Shown: positions 1 to 12,392 of the stretch, one piece after another
Position numbering within the stretch: the first letter of the stretch is position 1
How the letters are laid out: every line of letters starts with the position of its first letter
Source of the DNA: Syncephalis fuscata S228
Taxonomy: Eukaryota; Fungi; Zoopagomycota
NCBI GenBank assembly: GCA_025786725.1
Contig: JAHLTZ010000002.1
Span: forward strand, 558,001 to 622,000
Length of the DNA stretch: 64,000 nt
Direction: 5' to 3'
The notes under the pieces: generated by a model
Told to the model about the DNA's origin: nothing
Seen by the model: only the letters and a program-made list of their open reading frames with translations
Databases searched by the model: none
Program-made: the position numbers and the translations under genes

Positions 1-1192
1 ATGAAAAAATAGTATTATTTACCAGCGGCACTCATCTGTCCCTCTAACATATACATTAAATGATGATGAAAAATAAATACACTTGTTCCATATTCCAATG
101 CTAGACGAATATAATCCTATTAATTATATTAGTATTTAGTCTAACATTTATAATCTATAATGTATAATCAACTTAAAGTTTAAATTAATTACCTCGACAC
201 ATTGCCATGGTGTATGTTTGTGGCCAGCAAATAATGCAGGATTTTCCAATAATCCACGGGCTGCCATAATACCTAATAAAATAGAGAGTTAATGCGTTTA
301 CTTTGTTTAATGAGTAACATGTCTACCATCGACTTTGGTTGCTGCATATACGTTATCAGCATCTTCCGCTGTAAATATATCTCCATTAGCTACTACAGGA
401 ATGTTCGATTGTTCTTTAACCATTCGGATGGATTCGATATTGACTGGGACACTCGATCGTTGGTGTCGCGTGCGTCCATGAACGGTCAGCCAATCTGCAC
501 CGGCCATTTCCATCTGACGAGCAAACTCCATAGTTTCACTAGTTATATTGGCGTTTATTATGATGATCAGTGCATTAATATTAATCAAACTTACCGTAAA
601 TCCTGATGAATACGAATTTTAACTGAACAAGGAATATCGACTTGCGCTTTAACCTGGCGTACCATATCTCGTACCGTTTCCGGTTCTTCCATTAAACGTG
701 AGCCGATACCTTCTTGGTAAGCCCATCGCTGAGGACAGCCACAATTGATATCCACAGCAGCAGCATGTCCTACAACTAGCTGGGCCGATCGTGTTAGATC
801 AACGGGATCACGGGCGGCAAATTGGACTACCACTGGCGTATCGTCATCGTTGGTAGAGAAATCCGAGTCGCGTGCAAACGGTGACTTGTGAAATACATCA
901 GCCAATGTCATAGGAGTATAGGCAATATCAACGCCATATCTAATGTAAAAAGCACGTATTATTATTATTATTATTAGCTTTCTAATTTTATACTTGCCCA
1001 CGGACTAATTCACGAAACGGCAGCTGGTTTAGACAATTATTTAGTACCAACTAGTAAAAAGTAGGTTCTATCTTGACAATCTACCTTTGAGTACCGCACC
1101 ATAGGTGCACATATGCTAACATATGGCCTATTCGCGCCAGCAGTAAATAGCTCCTCGACTGAGTAGCGTTTTCGTCTTTCTAATGTTGTCAT
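1..1192 (-). CDS. DUS4: tRNA-dihydrouridine synthase, DUS4-like (multi-exon; 3' end runs off the window)
   Basis: ATG at 1192; spliced translation gives ICAPMVRYSK-LPFRELVRGYGVDIAYTPM, VDINCGCPQRWAYQEGIGSRLM, VKIRIH, LTVHGRT, PVVANGDIF and MAARGLLENPALF, all typical Dus/Dus4 motifs. Confidence 0.9.
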
Positions 1193-1641
1193 GCTGAGCA
1201 ATTTATTTAAAAAGAGGGAAATATGTTATTTAGTAGCTATTAATTAAATTGTAATGATTTGTGAGGTGAAAAAATACAATTAATTGCCACAGTTAGCTGT
1301 GGGTGTTGAAAAGAAAAAGAAAAAAGCTTATGTCCATATTTGGTAATATGAATTATCCAATTCTTTCAAAATTTTCTTATAACTAAAGAACTGGCTGACT
1401 ATATTCAGTATTATATTCAAATGATAGAAATATTTATATAACTAATGGATTTTCTTGAAAAATAAAACACATTCTTTTAACATTTCTTTTTTACGTTACA
1501 TGTTTATAAGTGCTACGTTTATTTGCTTGAACAGTATAACTCATACAAGTTGGTAATTCAAAAATATAAACTTTTACAGCCACAGCTAAAGTGCTATATT
1601 AACGAATAATAGTTTGTTTATAATTATCAAATAGTGCTAGT

Positions 1642-3743
1642 ATGGATGTTAGCAGAAACAACATTGATAAACGCGTGGTTTCAGCAGAGGAGGAGGGCCT
1701 GCGCTTGCATCAATTCTTACGGCGCAACTATCCAGAACACTTCTCGTCTAGACGGCGTTGTATTGTAGCCATTCGTGCAGGCGAAATACATGTTAATGGA
1801 GCAATAGCTGAAGAGACGCGTATAGTGCATTTTGAAGATAACGTTGAGGTGTATGAAGATGTGCACTTGTCTGCTATACGAGAACTAGAACGGCTTTGTG
1901 TTACTGTTCATCATACTACAACGCCCGAGACAGTTTGCGACGCATCAAATAAAGCTACCCAAGCAAATTCATGGTCATTTTCTGTGGTATGGAAGCCGGC
2001 TGGTGTAGCAAGCCAAGAGATAGAGCTGATAGACACCAAAATAAGAACTTGGAAGGGAGATAATGTAGCGTTTAATACACAAGCCATCTACTGGATAGAA
2101 AAATCGGCTAGTGGCTGGGTAAGTAATGAAGAGGTAATGTATCATTCGTACTAAATAGTGTTGTATTTTATTCAGTTAATATTAGCACGTAATTTGGCAA
2201 CATTTAATGCACTTCAACAGCAATTAGTTGGCGGTGAGATGCAGTGTCAATTTCGTGCACTGTGTAAAGGCAAAATAGCGCCAGGTATTCCAGGTGCAAC
2301 CATTGAAATTCCACTATCGTCCCTCGATAGTATTGAGCCAAACGATAACGATGATATCAAGAAAAATGATGATATGGCAGATTGCACTAATATTCTTGCT
2401 GTTAATAGCAGCACAACGACTTACGATTCTGATGCTATTCTTATCCACGTTGCAATACCTGTTCATGGACGAATTGTAAATATATCGGCAAGCAATAGTG
2501 CTGGACATCTCACAACGATTGACACATGGCTTGATATACAGCGTGGAAGCTGTGACTCAAATCAGCAAATGTCAGAATGTACTACTGCAAAAGCAGTGCA
2601 AATCAATGTTTTGACAAAAATAGGCGCTATTGGTCGGTTTATACGTCGTGCTCTCGCTTCTATTGGGCATCCAATTATTGGCAACGTTCGTGGATCAGAG
2701 GCTTTACCATCTGGACGTGGCAAAGGCTATATGCTATCGCTAATAGATTTGAAATTCCAGCATCCAAGCCAAGACAGCACTTTGGATAAAGAGCTGCATT
2801 TTCAGCATGAAGAGCCTAGCAAAATGACGGCAGTTCGGGCACGTGAAGAACGATTTAGAGCACAAAGGCGTGTATTAGAAGCAGAGGATTTAGCACTTGC
2901 TGGTATGGAATTAAATGAATTCGATACTAGCGAGAAACATACGCCCATTGCTTATGTTACTGGTGAAAAGGTACAATAGTTTATTACAGCTGCAGCCTAT
3001 TTATACAATGTCATTAGAAATTTTGCTCTTTACGATTCCAAGTCACCAAGGACACGCTAATTCCACGAATCAGCACAGAAACGCTGGTATCAGCTGCTTT
3101 ACGTTGGATACCTCAATGGCAGCAACCAGACTCCCTGCCAAAAATTATGGATATTGGCACAGGCTGTGGCTGCCTATTGATTTCTGTTTTGAATGCGGTA
3201 CCAACGCTAACTGGCGTCGGGATTGATTTATCCACCTCAGCATTAGCTGTAGCCAATGCCAACGCTAAACGTTTGTTAAACAGCAGCAGTTCAGAAGTGC
3301 GCTACAAGTTTCTGCAAGCAGACATGCTGCAGCTTGATCAGCCACACGAGCTGGCAAAATTTGAACCGAAAGAAGCACCAAAATCAGATGATGCTATCGA
3401 TGCAGTATCATGCACAGCGCCATTCACTCATGTTATTTGTAATCCGCCCTATTTAACCGAAAAACGCTACCAGCAGCTGTCTCAACTGACTGCAGAACCG
3501 GCTATGGCCGTAGTAGGAACAGACGAGGACGGACTTGGTGCCTATCGCGCACTGGCTAGCGTACTGCAGTCGGATCAATTGCTGCAGCCCGGTGGTCTAC
3601 TCATTCTTGAGGTAGGCCATGGATTGGCTTATCGTGTTGAAAATAGTATATTTGCATCATATGGCATATGGCATTTAAAAGATCACTTGCAAGACCAACA
3701 TGCGACAGTGCGTTGTCTTGTTTTCGAAAAACGTGGAATCTAA
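1642..3743 (+). CDS. Fusion protein: S4-like RNA-binding + degenerate RluA-type pseudouridine synthase + HemK/PrmC N5-glutamine methyltransferase; exons ~1642-2118, 2176-2970, 3018-3743
   Basis: GLRLHQFL..SRRRCIVAIRAGEIHVNG (S4); VVWKPAGV, WIEKSASGW|LILAR and IRRALASIGHPIIGN (RluA motifs). The GT-AG intron 2971-3017 joins PIAYVTGEK|KFCSLRFQVTKDTLIPRISTETLV in frame to MDIGTGCGCL, NPPY and LILEVG (PrmC). Confidence 0.82.
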
Positions 3744-6700
3744 TAATTTCATGCTCAACGGTAGATGCGGCCGTCCCAAATAATAAGAACTGCTCTAGCG
3801 GTCCACGTGCGTCTTCAACTACTCCAGAAGACAATTGCTTAGATTACGGAAAGCACATGATCAGTTGTATAGCAATAAAATGATTGGTATTAGTTAATTT
3901 ATAGCACAAATAAACTAATTAATTCAATTAAATTGGCTATTCCAATGGTGGTAATAGCAAGTCACAACACAATAAATGGTACTGCCTAAAAAGGCAAGTT
4001 ACTTTTTTAATTACTGCTTGTTTAAAGGGTCGATCAATAGTATTTTAAAAATAGAAAAACAATAAACAGCGTGAATGACGAGAGAGTTCAATGGCTGCTT
4101 GGCAATGTCCGTTCCACAGAGGCTGCAGCGTGAGTTGTGCCTTGTAGCATTGGTCCAGCATAAGGTCTAGACCGATATATTAGCACGTAAATTACTGCCA
4201 ATAAACGCACTGGCAGGCCATGACGTTCTGGCCACTGCAAATAAACCATAATGCCATGAGTGCAATGCATGGAGTATTACAATTGTGAGCAATTTCATTC
4301 GCTAATATCCTGTACAAGCTGGCTAATGTATATATATATATGTGTGTGTGTGTGTGTTCTATTAGCGCCTTGACCATGCAGATAGGACGTAACAGATACG
4401 ACTGCGATTTGCAACATATCCTAAACACTTGAAAAGTCAACAATACGCTTATCCCACATTGCATTACTCGTATTCTAGCATTGCTAAACACAAAATTAAG
4501 GCCAGTTTTATTTTACAAGTAAATTCGTTGTATAAACTAGGCCAATAATAGGTGTAAAAAAACAAAAAAAAGCACAACCTTCGGAGTCAAACTTGGCTAC
4601 AAGGTAGCAATAGAATTAAGTTGCCCGATATAGTAATCAAGGCTGCATGTTAGGCACGCATTCGCACATGGAATACACTGTATAGAACGCGGTAAACGTA
4701 AAATAGTCAACGCCCGACCATGCTATTACCGCTTGAAAGCCATTTCTACAAACGAGCAAAGCTGACAAAAGCGTAGAAATTATACCGATGAGTGGACATG
4801 TCTGTGCTTTGCCACCAGAAAAGACCGAACGAGCCGGGCGCCACTTTTAGTACTCAGTAGTCACTATGGATTTCCTTTTTGCCTACTGTCCCGTACTCCG
4901 ACCACTCCAAAAAAGCCCCTGAGCTCGTGTTTTCCTACCAAATGCCACGCGGATCCCATGATCTCCGTGCATGGTGAATGTTTAAATAATACAGGTTTGC
5001 TTCCACATTTCATGCCTGCCATAGTCCCTCACGTCCGGTTGTCGTCGTTACTGTCGTCGCCGTCTGAAATCCTATATTATTGCCGCGCTTCTACCTTTCC
5101 ACACCTATTGCGTTATCTTTTTGTCGTTGGCGTTCAGCTTTTATTTCTAGAATTATCTTTATACAGCAGCGTAAACTTGGTGTTACCTGTTATTTCTCGC
5201 TATTCTTACCATTTCTCGGCGTAGCTTAGAGACAGTACCGGTTTTCTTATCCTAGTCTACTTTTTATGTCAGCAATTTAAAGCTACATTTTTCCCGTATT
5301 ATTATTATTATTATCACTGCTATTATTATAATTTTATTATTTATATTTGCGTTAGTAAGCGTCAGCGTGCTAGAATCTCTAGATAAATCTTGGCATTAAT
5401 ACGGTAAGCTTCCCAAACAATTGAGTGATGGCATAGTCGCCATTTGGTCTGGATCGTATGATTTTGCTCAGCCAATTAAATGAACTGTATGAGTATGCAA
5501 ATTGTGATTTATTTATATCGGTAAAATGGCTATGTAAGCAGTTTTTATAATGTGTGTGTCTTAATTCAAGATGCTTGCTTTCAGTATTTGCTGCATGTCG
5601 GCTATGTTGAATTTCCCATACTTGGCACTGACGCTGCACAGCGCCCCAATGGGCAGCACATGCTCCTATTATCGATTGACAGCGATAATACAATGGCTTG
5701 GGAAGTGCATTGTTCGGGGCATGTACACGCTGTATTTGAGTGCAAAACACTAGACTTGGCATAGACAAATGTATGTACACAGGTCGCCGTCTTGCCTAAC
5801 AATACACTTTTCGGATCTAAGCGCCAAAGGCAGTACTAGAGCTGTAATCATTGTGATGTATAATTGGTGCAATGTAAACAAAGACCCGATTAAAAATAGA
5901 TTTAATGTATTTGTGTAAATCTATTATTTTACAAAGAATAGCGTCTCCCATTTTAACTTTATCAATGGCTTCATTGACAAGATAATGGACACAAATAGCT
6001 GCTGTTTTATAATAGTCGTAAAGTACTTGATGACAACGGTGTAGTTGATCATTCATTTGTATATATTCCCACATACACATATATATACATGTGCAATTAC
6101 ACGTGTACATTCGGCTTTACTAGCAAGCGGCCGTCAACAAATTCTATTTTTTACCTTAGGCTTGAAACTACTGACCGACATCCGGGGCATGCACTTTTAT
6201 TGGTTAACTAAAGATATGCAACGTCAAATGCATTGCCTTGTATGTCTTCTATAATAGCTATTTTTGTTTTGTGACATATGTGTATTCTCGGTATATTTAC
6301 TTTACTAGTTCACAGCCGTTGCCAATACGTAGTACCCATAAGATAGAATAAGTTCAAGGTGTTCCTTGAATAAACAAATGGGAATGCTTATACAAAGTAG
6401 CTTATTTTGTTTTTAATTCACTATACGTATTTAAATCCTCTCTGTTTAAGACGCAATAGTCTTTACAGCCTACATTGTCGACACTTTAATCCATTTATCT
6501 TTATTGCCGTCCATCTTTTCAAACCATTTTAGCTTGTACAGGCCGTAGATTATCTGTTTTCTTTATTTCTCCTTCCTTCCCTTTTCTTTCTTTCAATTGG
6601 TGCCTGTGCTTGTGTGTGTGTGTGTGTTCTACTGTATGTAGAACGCAGATCATCTCTTTCTAACCTGACATGCTGTTTGTGGCACGGCTTGTAACACTGA

Positions 6701-8629
6701 CTTTCGCCTTGCTATCTTGATTTGTTCTGCCATCTGACTCGCTCCCGACACCGCTATAGCACTATCTTGCTTTGATTCTCTTCCTTGATAGTGGTGCCGC
6801 ATACTACATATGCAACTGGCTGCATTCTTGCTGTCTTGCATTGAAACCACCTGGCACGTGGCAAAACAATTATTGGAGAAGGCACGCGTGTATTTTAATC
6901 TCACTGCGTCTACCTTGGTATGTAGCTGAATGTAGTCTGTGCATTACAACGTGGTGTAGAGTCGGTTATACCCATTGCCAAGCTAGACGTACATAGATGC
7001 TCTGGGAATTATATTTGTTGAATTTGCCGCATCTTAACCATATCTGTAGAAGCCGCTCAAGGCATTGAGTTCTACTGGTCTTACCATCATACAGCACTAT
7101 GCAGCTGCTTGCATAGTCGTTCGAGCTAATTGTAATGAGCTATCTGGGGAAAATTCTATGTTGCATAATTAACTAACCATTGTTTGTTCTCTATATTTTC
7201 TTTCTATCATCGCCATCAACACTTCTACTCCTTCTGGTATGACCGACAATGATTCTTTTATCAAATCCAAACGTGTGGTAACCACTAAATCGACTTGGCT
7301 TAACATTCATCATGGTAACTATACATCCTATCACCATCCACTTATCCATACACGTACTTAATAATATATATATAAACGCTCAAATCACTCCATTGCTTTT
7401 ATAATCTTACATATATTACTTCTTTTATTCGATTACCCCGCCTTTTACCAAATTATTCGACGATTTCTTATTTCCTGACTTCATATTTCTCCCGTGACTC
7501 ACTGGGACTAATATCACCTTATTTCTAACGTGACTGGCCTGGCATTCCACTGTCACTCCTTGTCATCTCTCCCTCTCTCTCTCCCTCTCTCTCTCCCTCT
7601 CTACTATACACTTCCTTTTTTGACCCTCATCATCCAATACACGCGACTCAACTCATTGTCTCACTATTATCCTTTTTGACACGTTGTGTGTGGCCGTGTA
7701 TCATTATCTCTTACCTTTGCTGGTCATTCGTGTGCTTTATTTTGGGTGGGCTGTGCATGCACTACTACTCTCACGCGTTCTTTTGATTGAACTTTTCATA
7801 CCTTGTCCTTTGCACGTGGTATACGCGAACTCTTCGCATCGATCACCCCCAACGCCACCCCCTCACACTATACACACGCACGCTGTCATATACATCCATA
7901 CTCATCCATACTCATCGGATCACCATACAACGCCTATATAAATCACCTTGATCCACTGCTCGCCCTTCTTTCTTCGCCACCCTTCTTGCTCTCTGAATTC
8001 TTGCAACGACGATTTCTTCGCTGGTCTCACGTCTGCAATATTCAATCTCTACCATAATCTTATTTGGTGGAATGCCCACGAATTTGTAAATTTGTCTTGT
8101 TTAACTTGTGGATTGACTTGATTAGTAGTCGGCCAGTATTTTAAACACGCTTTCTTGCTACTATTATTTTATCCTATTATACTACTACTACTACTATTAT
8201 TATATTACACCATCGCCTCCTCTCCGCCAATTTATTTCTTCTATTAAGCGCGATTATTCTGCTGCTGGAAGAGTATGTATTTGGCGTGCTAGATCTTTTC
8301 ATTCTATTATTTCATCCCTCACGTAACTACCATTGTGCTAGTTTGCACCATCATTTCTCATACTTGATCCATTTCTGCAGCCTTACACTCGCCTATTAAG
8401 TGCAGATCATTTATTTACTTTTTGGCTATTTTCCTTATTATCCATTAACATTTGGTTAACGAAAGTACACTATTTGACATTTGCAACGCTGATTTGCAGA
8501 TATTCTACTTTCATTTACTATTCGTGTTTACGTCCAACGCTCCCTAACAATTGGAATCTAGCCTTGAACTTACCAGTCAATTTCCGTCGATCTATCTTGC
8601 AGCAACAATAACAGCAATAACAATCAACC

Positions 8630-8976
8630 ATGGTTGCACTAGAAAAGCTATCCTTGGACGCGCTTTCTTTGCCGTCACAAGAGGATTTGATTGGTGAGTA
8701 TTTTAATGGTGTGGCAATACTGTATAGAGTGATTATTGCGTATGGGGTGATATGTGAAATGTGGTGCTTGTGCTGTCACATGTTTTTTGGGACTGCGTTT
8801 TTCCGTATCTCTACCTGTCTGTCTACCTTCCTTCCTTCCTTGTTTATTTTAGGCAGTTTGGGGGGAAGAGAAAGGCAGTTGTGCGGCAGTTTGCATACAA
8901 ATTTGGGCCAGCTGCACATTCATGTGTGGTTGGCTGTAAGTGTAAGGTGGAGAGGAGAGCTCAGTGAACATGTGTA

Positions 8977-9008
<32 letters not shown>

Positions 9009-10158
9009 CACTTTATGGCATGGCACCTCGTACTAGAGAATATGGTGTTACCTTTGCTTCAATGTAAACTGGCCACGTAACGCGGATACAAGTGAGCCTT
9101 GAACATAACCTGTAATTCATTGTGCATGCTATCCATGCCTCTGTCTAAGACTTTTTGAATAGAGGTTTCTATATTATGCATGTAGAAGGATAGATATATT
9201 GATAATGCCGGATGCTGTACCCCAGTATTTTCGGAGCATCGGAATATCAAATGAATTGGCTTGCATTTGTTTTGCAGCTTGGCCTTGTTGTGTCCACTGC
9301 CACAGCTAGCACAACAGCTACAATGAACAAAGCATTGCCGCAGTATTAATGGCTGCTTGACACGCGTGTCGTACAGCATAGGTCGATTGATTACTATCGA
9401 TACAGTTTACCTTTTTGTACTGCGGACAATGGCCATTTTGATTCTGTAATACGATGCACTGCCCAGTGCAGTGACAAATTCATAGTATATCACTAAACTT
9501 GTACTAACATGGCCTCGCCCTTTTCTTTAATAGTATGGACCGCAAAGGCTGCTGAGGACCTTTTACCACGCAGCTCTAGAACTGCTAACGATGCACACTT
9601 GCCAGAAATGCTGGACTTTGTGCGCCAAGTCGTAGAACGGTCTCGCATCCGGCCTGCAGTGTGGCCATCACTCTCGTGTATATCCAACGTTTCAAGCCTT
9701 GTTTACCGCAAGGATCCCGCGGCGATTTTGATGCTCCTTATCGGATCTTTGTTGCGGCCGCTCTTACCGCCAGCAAGTTCCTGATTGACACCGGTATGAG
9801 AACCGAAACTATGAGCCGTGCTACTCGAGGCATATTCACCCCTCGTGATGTCAGTCGCGCAGAGCGTACCTTCCTTCGCTTAGTTAACTACCGTCTATGG
9901 GTAGAGCCAAGCGAGTTGATGTTTATGGAGGAACGTTTCTGCAGCTCGCCAAACTGCCGTGGTACCGATCACATCGGTAGTGCTAATGCCACTAGCGCAC
10001 CCATTCCAGTGATGGTGCGCGCACAACGCTCATCAATTGACATCGAGACAGCATCTGTCGTGTCTTGCCTGAGCGATACCGATTCGGCTTGTGAGACAAT
10101 GGAGGAGGCAATGACGGCCACTATACCGTCTAAAAAATCGCACCTCATTAATGCTTAA
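8630..10158 (+). CDS. Pcl1/2-like (Pho85-type) cyclin; exon 1 8630-8693, intron 8694-9533, 1-nt frameshift near 9659
   Basis: LPEMLDFVRQVVERSRI..AITLVYIQRFK..YRIFVAAALTASKFLID..F..RDVSRAERTFLRLVNYRLWV is a Pcl-family cyclin box. The GTGAGT donor and TTTAATAG acceptor are phase-compatible. Confidence 0.85.
8981..9008. repeat. (TG)14 microsatellite in the cyclin intron
   Basis: Directly visible tandem TG run. Confidence 0.95.
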
Positions 10159-10204
10159 TCGTCTCTTAGATAGATGTTGATAATCACATTATTATCAGCC
10201 TAAT

Positions 10205-10239
10205 ACGGCGCTGCTAGCTAGCATTACTAGCAGCGCCGT
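10205..10239 (+). other. Perfect 13-bp GC-rich stem-loop in the cyclin 3' UTR
   Basis: ACGGCGCTGCTAG (10205-10217) pairs with CTAGCAGCGCCGT (10227-10239); 9-nt loop. Confidence 0.85.
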
Positions 10240-12392
10240 TTCCCTTCTCGACTCTTTCCCCATCCGCAACTTTCTACAATCACTTACTCAATCAACCAAT
10301 CAACCAATCAACCAATCATACATACATATATACATATTACATATAACATTAGGAACAATTACAACATTAATTGTAGCATATTTATTATAGCTACAACAAT
10401 ACAGCTGCTTTGTTCTCTATTTCCTCGTTTCCCTCGTTTACTCGTTTTCCTATATCGCGCTGTCTTTTCTCGTACGTCTTCCATTTGTATTACACGTAGA
10501 TACTACTTTATTTGCATTTTTTCACGCAAAGCTCACCCAATAACTGTCTTGCTTCAATGCAATCGACATTATTGGATGCGTCAAATGGCAGTTTAATAGT
10601 AGTTCTATGTTTATCACTTTAGTCATTTTTCTTCGTTTGCTGCCTTTAAGCCATTGCGCTTTCTATTCTTTTCGTCGTATACTTACCTTATTGCTTTCCC
10701 GAAGATGATACTAATTTCGACTCGTTTGAACGTATGCTTTCAAAAAACAACAAAAGAAAGAAAAGGAAGCACAGCCCGCTCATTCGTATCGTCACTTAAT
10801 CACACACTACACATCTATTATATTGCCGCCGTATTATTTCCGTCGCCGACTATTACACGCTACTGCTACAACAACGACAACGACATTGACGAATTTAAGC
10901 AACTATAGTTGAACCATATTCTTGGTTACCTTTCCTATTTCTTCCTGCATTGAACAATCCATGTGCTTGCTTTTTCAATTACCTTCAACATTCTAGTGTT
11001 GACATTTCTGCTCTTCGTTTTTCTTTCTTGACGCATTTTCGGATCTTTTTTGTCCGTTAATTGCACCTAGAACGCGGTCTCATTGGCCGACTGCATTGCA
11101 ATCGTTTCCTCAGTTGGCTGAACAACATCAAGTGCATGTATACAATTCATCATTGCAACATTTATTCCACTTGGCTCTTAATGGCCAGATGGTGAGATTC
11201 CGAGGAAGAATAGTGCCACTTTTGCCTTTCTTCCTCAAACCTCTGTTTTAGATGCTGCACACTTGCTTGCTTTTCTCCATATGGGCAGCATTTTCCAAGT
11301 GCAGTCTTGCACCTTTGAACCTTACAACTTGTACGCATTTTTTGCATTAATTCATAGATGTTCCGGACCCTTTATGATTTCGCATATAGCTGGTCTCTTT
11401 ACAGCCTGCATCGCATTTTGTATTTGTGCTATTACAATTTTGGAGTGATCTAAATAAATACATATTTGTAAAAGTTAACTAATAAATGATGTTGAAAAAC
11501 CGTAACAGTATTGTATAATTGTAGTTATGTGCAAAGCCAAAAGTTTTGGACAATATTTTTTATTTGACAACTGTAATTACTCGTTTTCATAGATGTTTGC
11601 AAATATAATTGATTGATAATTAAAAGATAGGTATGTTACCAAACTACTATAGTCAATATTTTATACTGTAATCATAGGTACTGTATTGGTAAGTACTGGT
11701 ACAGTTTATTATATTAAATAAATGCTATTATAAAGAACTATAAATTATTTGTTTTAAGAAAATTGTTATAGATAAATTGTGTAATTGATTTAAATAAACT
11801 TTAATTTGTTAACATTAGCAAATTACCGTAGCTACATTTTTATAGTTTAGGTATTATATTATACAGATCTTACTGAAGCTTTGATACTGCTATAAAGTAT
11901 CTAACATAACGAATAATAATAATTTTATTTTAGCTTTTATTAGTTAAGCATTATACTTGTTTTAATTGAATTTAATGCGTTAGTTTACTTATGATAGTTG
12001 TTTGAAATAAAATAAACACTAGCTGCACACATTAACAATTTATATTTCTTTATTTTTAATAAAATAATATTACTCTTTATTCATCTTCGTACTATTCGAC
12101 CGCCTATATGCAACATTGTCTATTTGAAAGTGCAACAGTGTTGTAATAATTTACAATTTACTCTTTATAACATTATTAATCACTCATATACTAACTATAA
12201 AATTAGCGTACTTTTTAAAACTAGCAGATAAGTAGATCCAAATTAGTACACACGTGCATTATAGGCCTTTGTTTAAACCGGAATAGGATTTATACGTCGT
12301 AGAATATTCTATACACAGAATTTATCGACGTGTACACAAACAATATCTGTTTTTATTTTATCATCTTTTCCAATCTTTTACTACTGCTCAAC

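Noticed and set aside
4088-8057. Short ORFs upstream of the cyclin
   Set aside because: No motifs, overlapping on both strands, microsatellite- and UTR-like composition.
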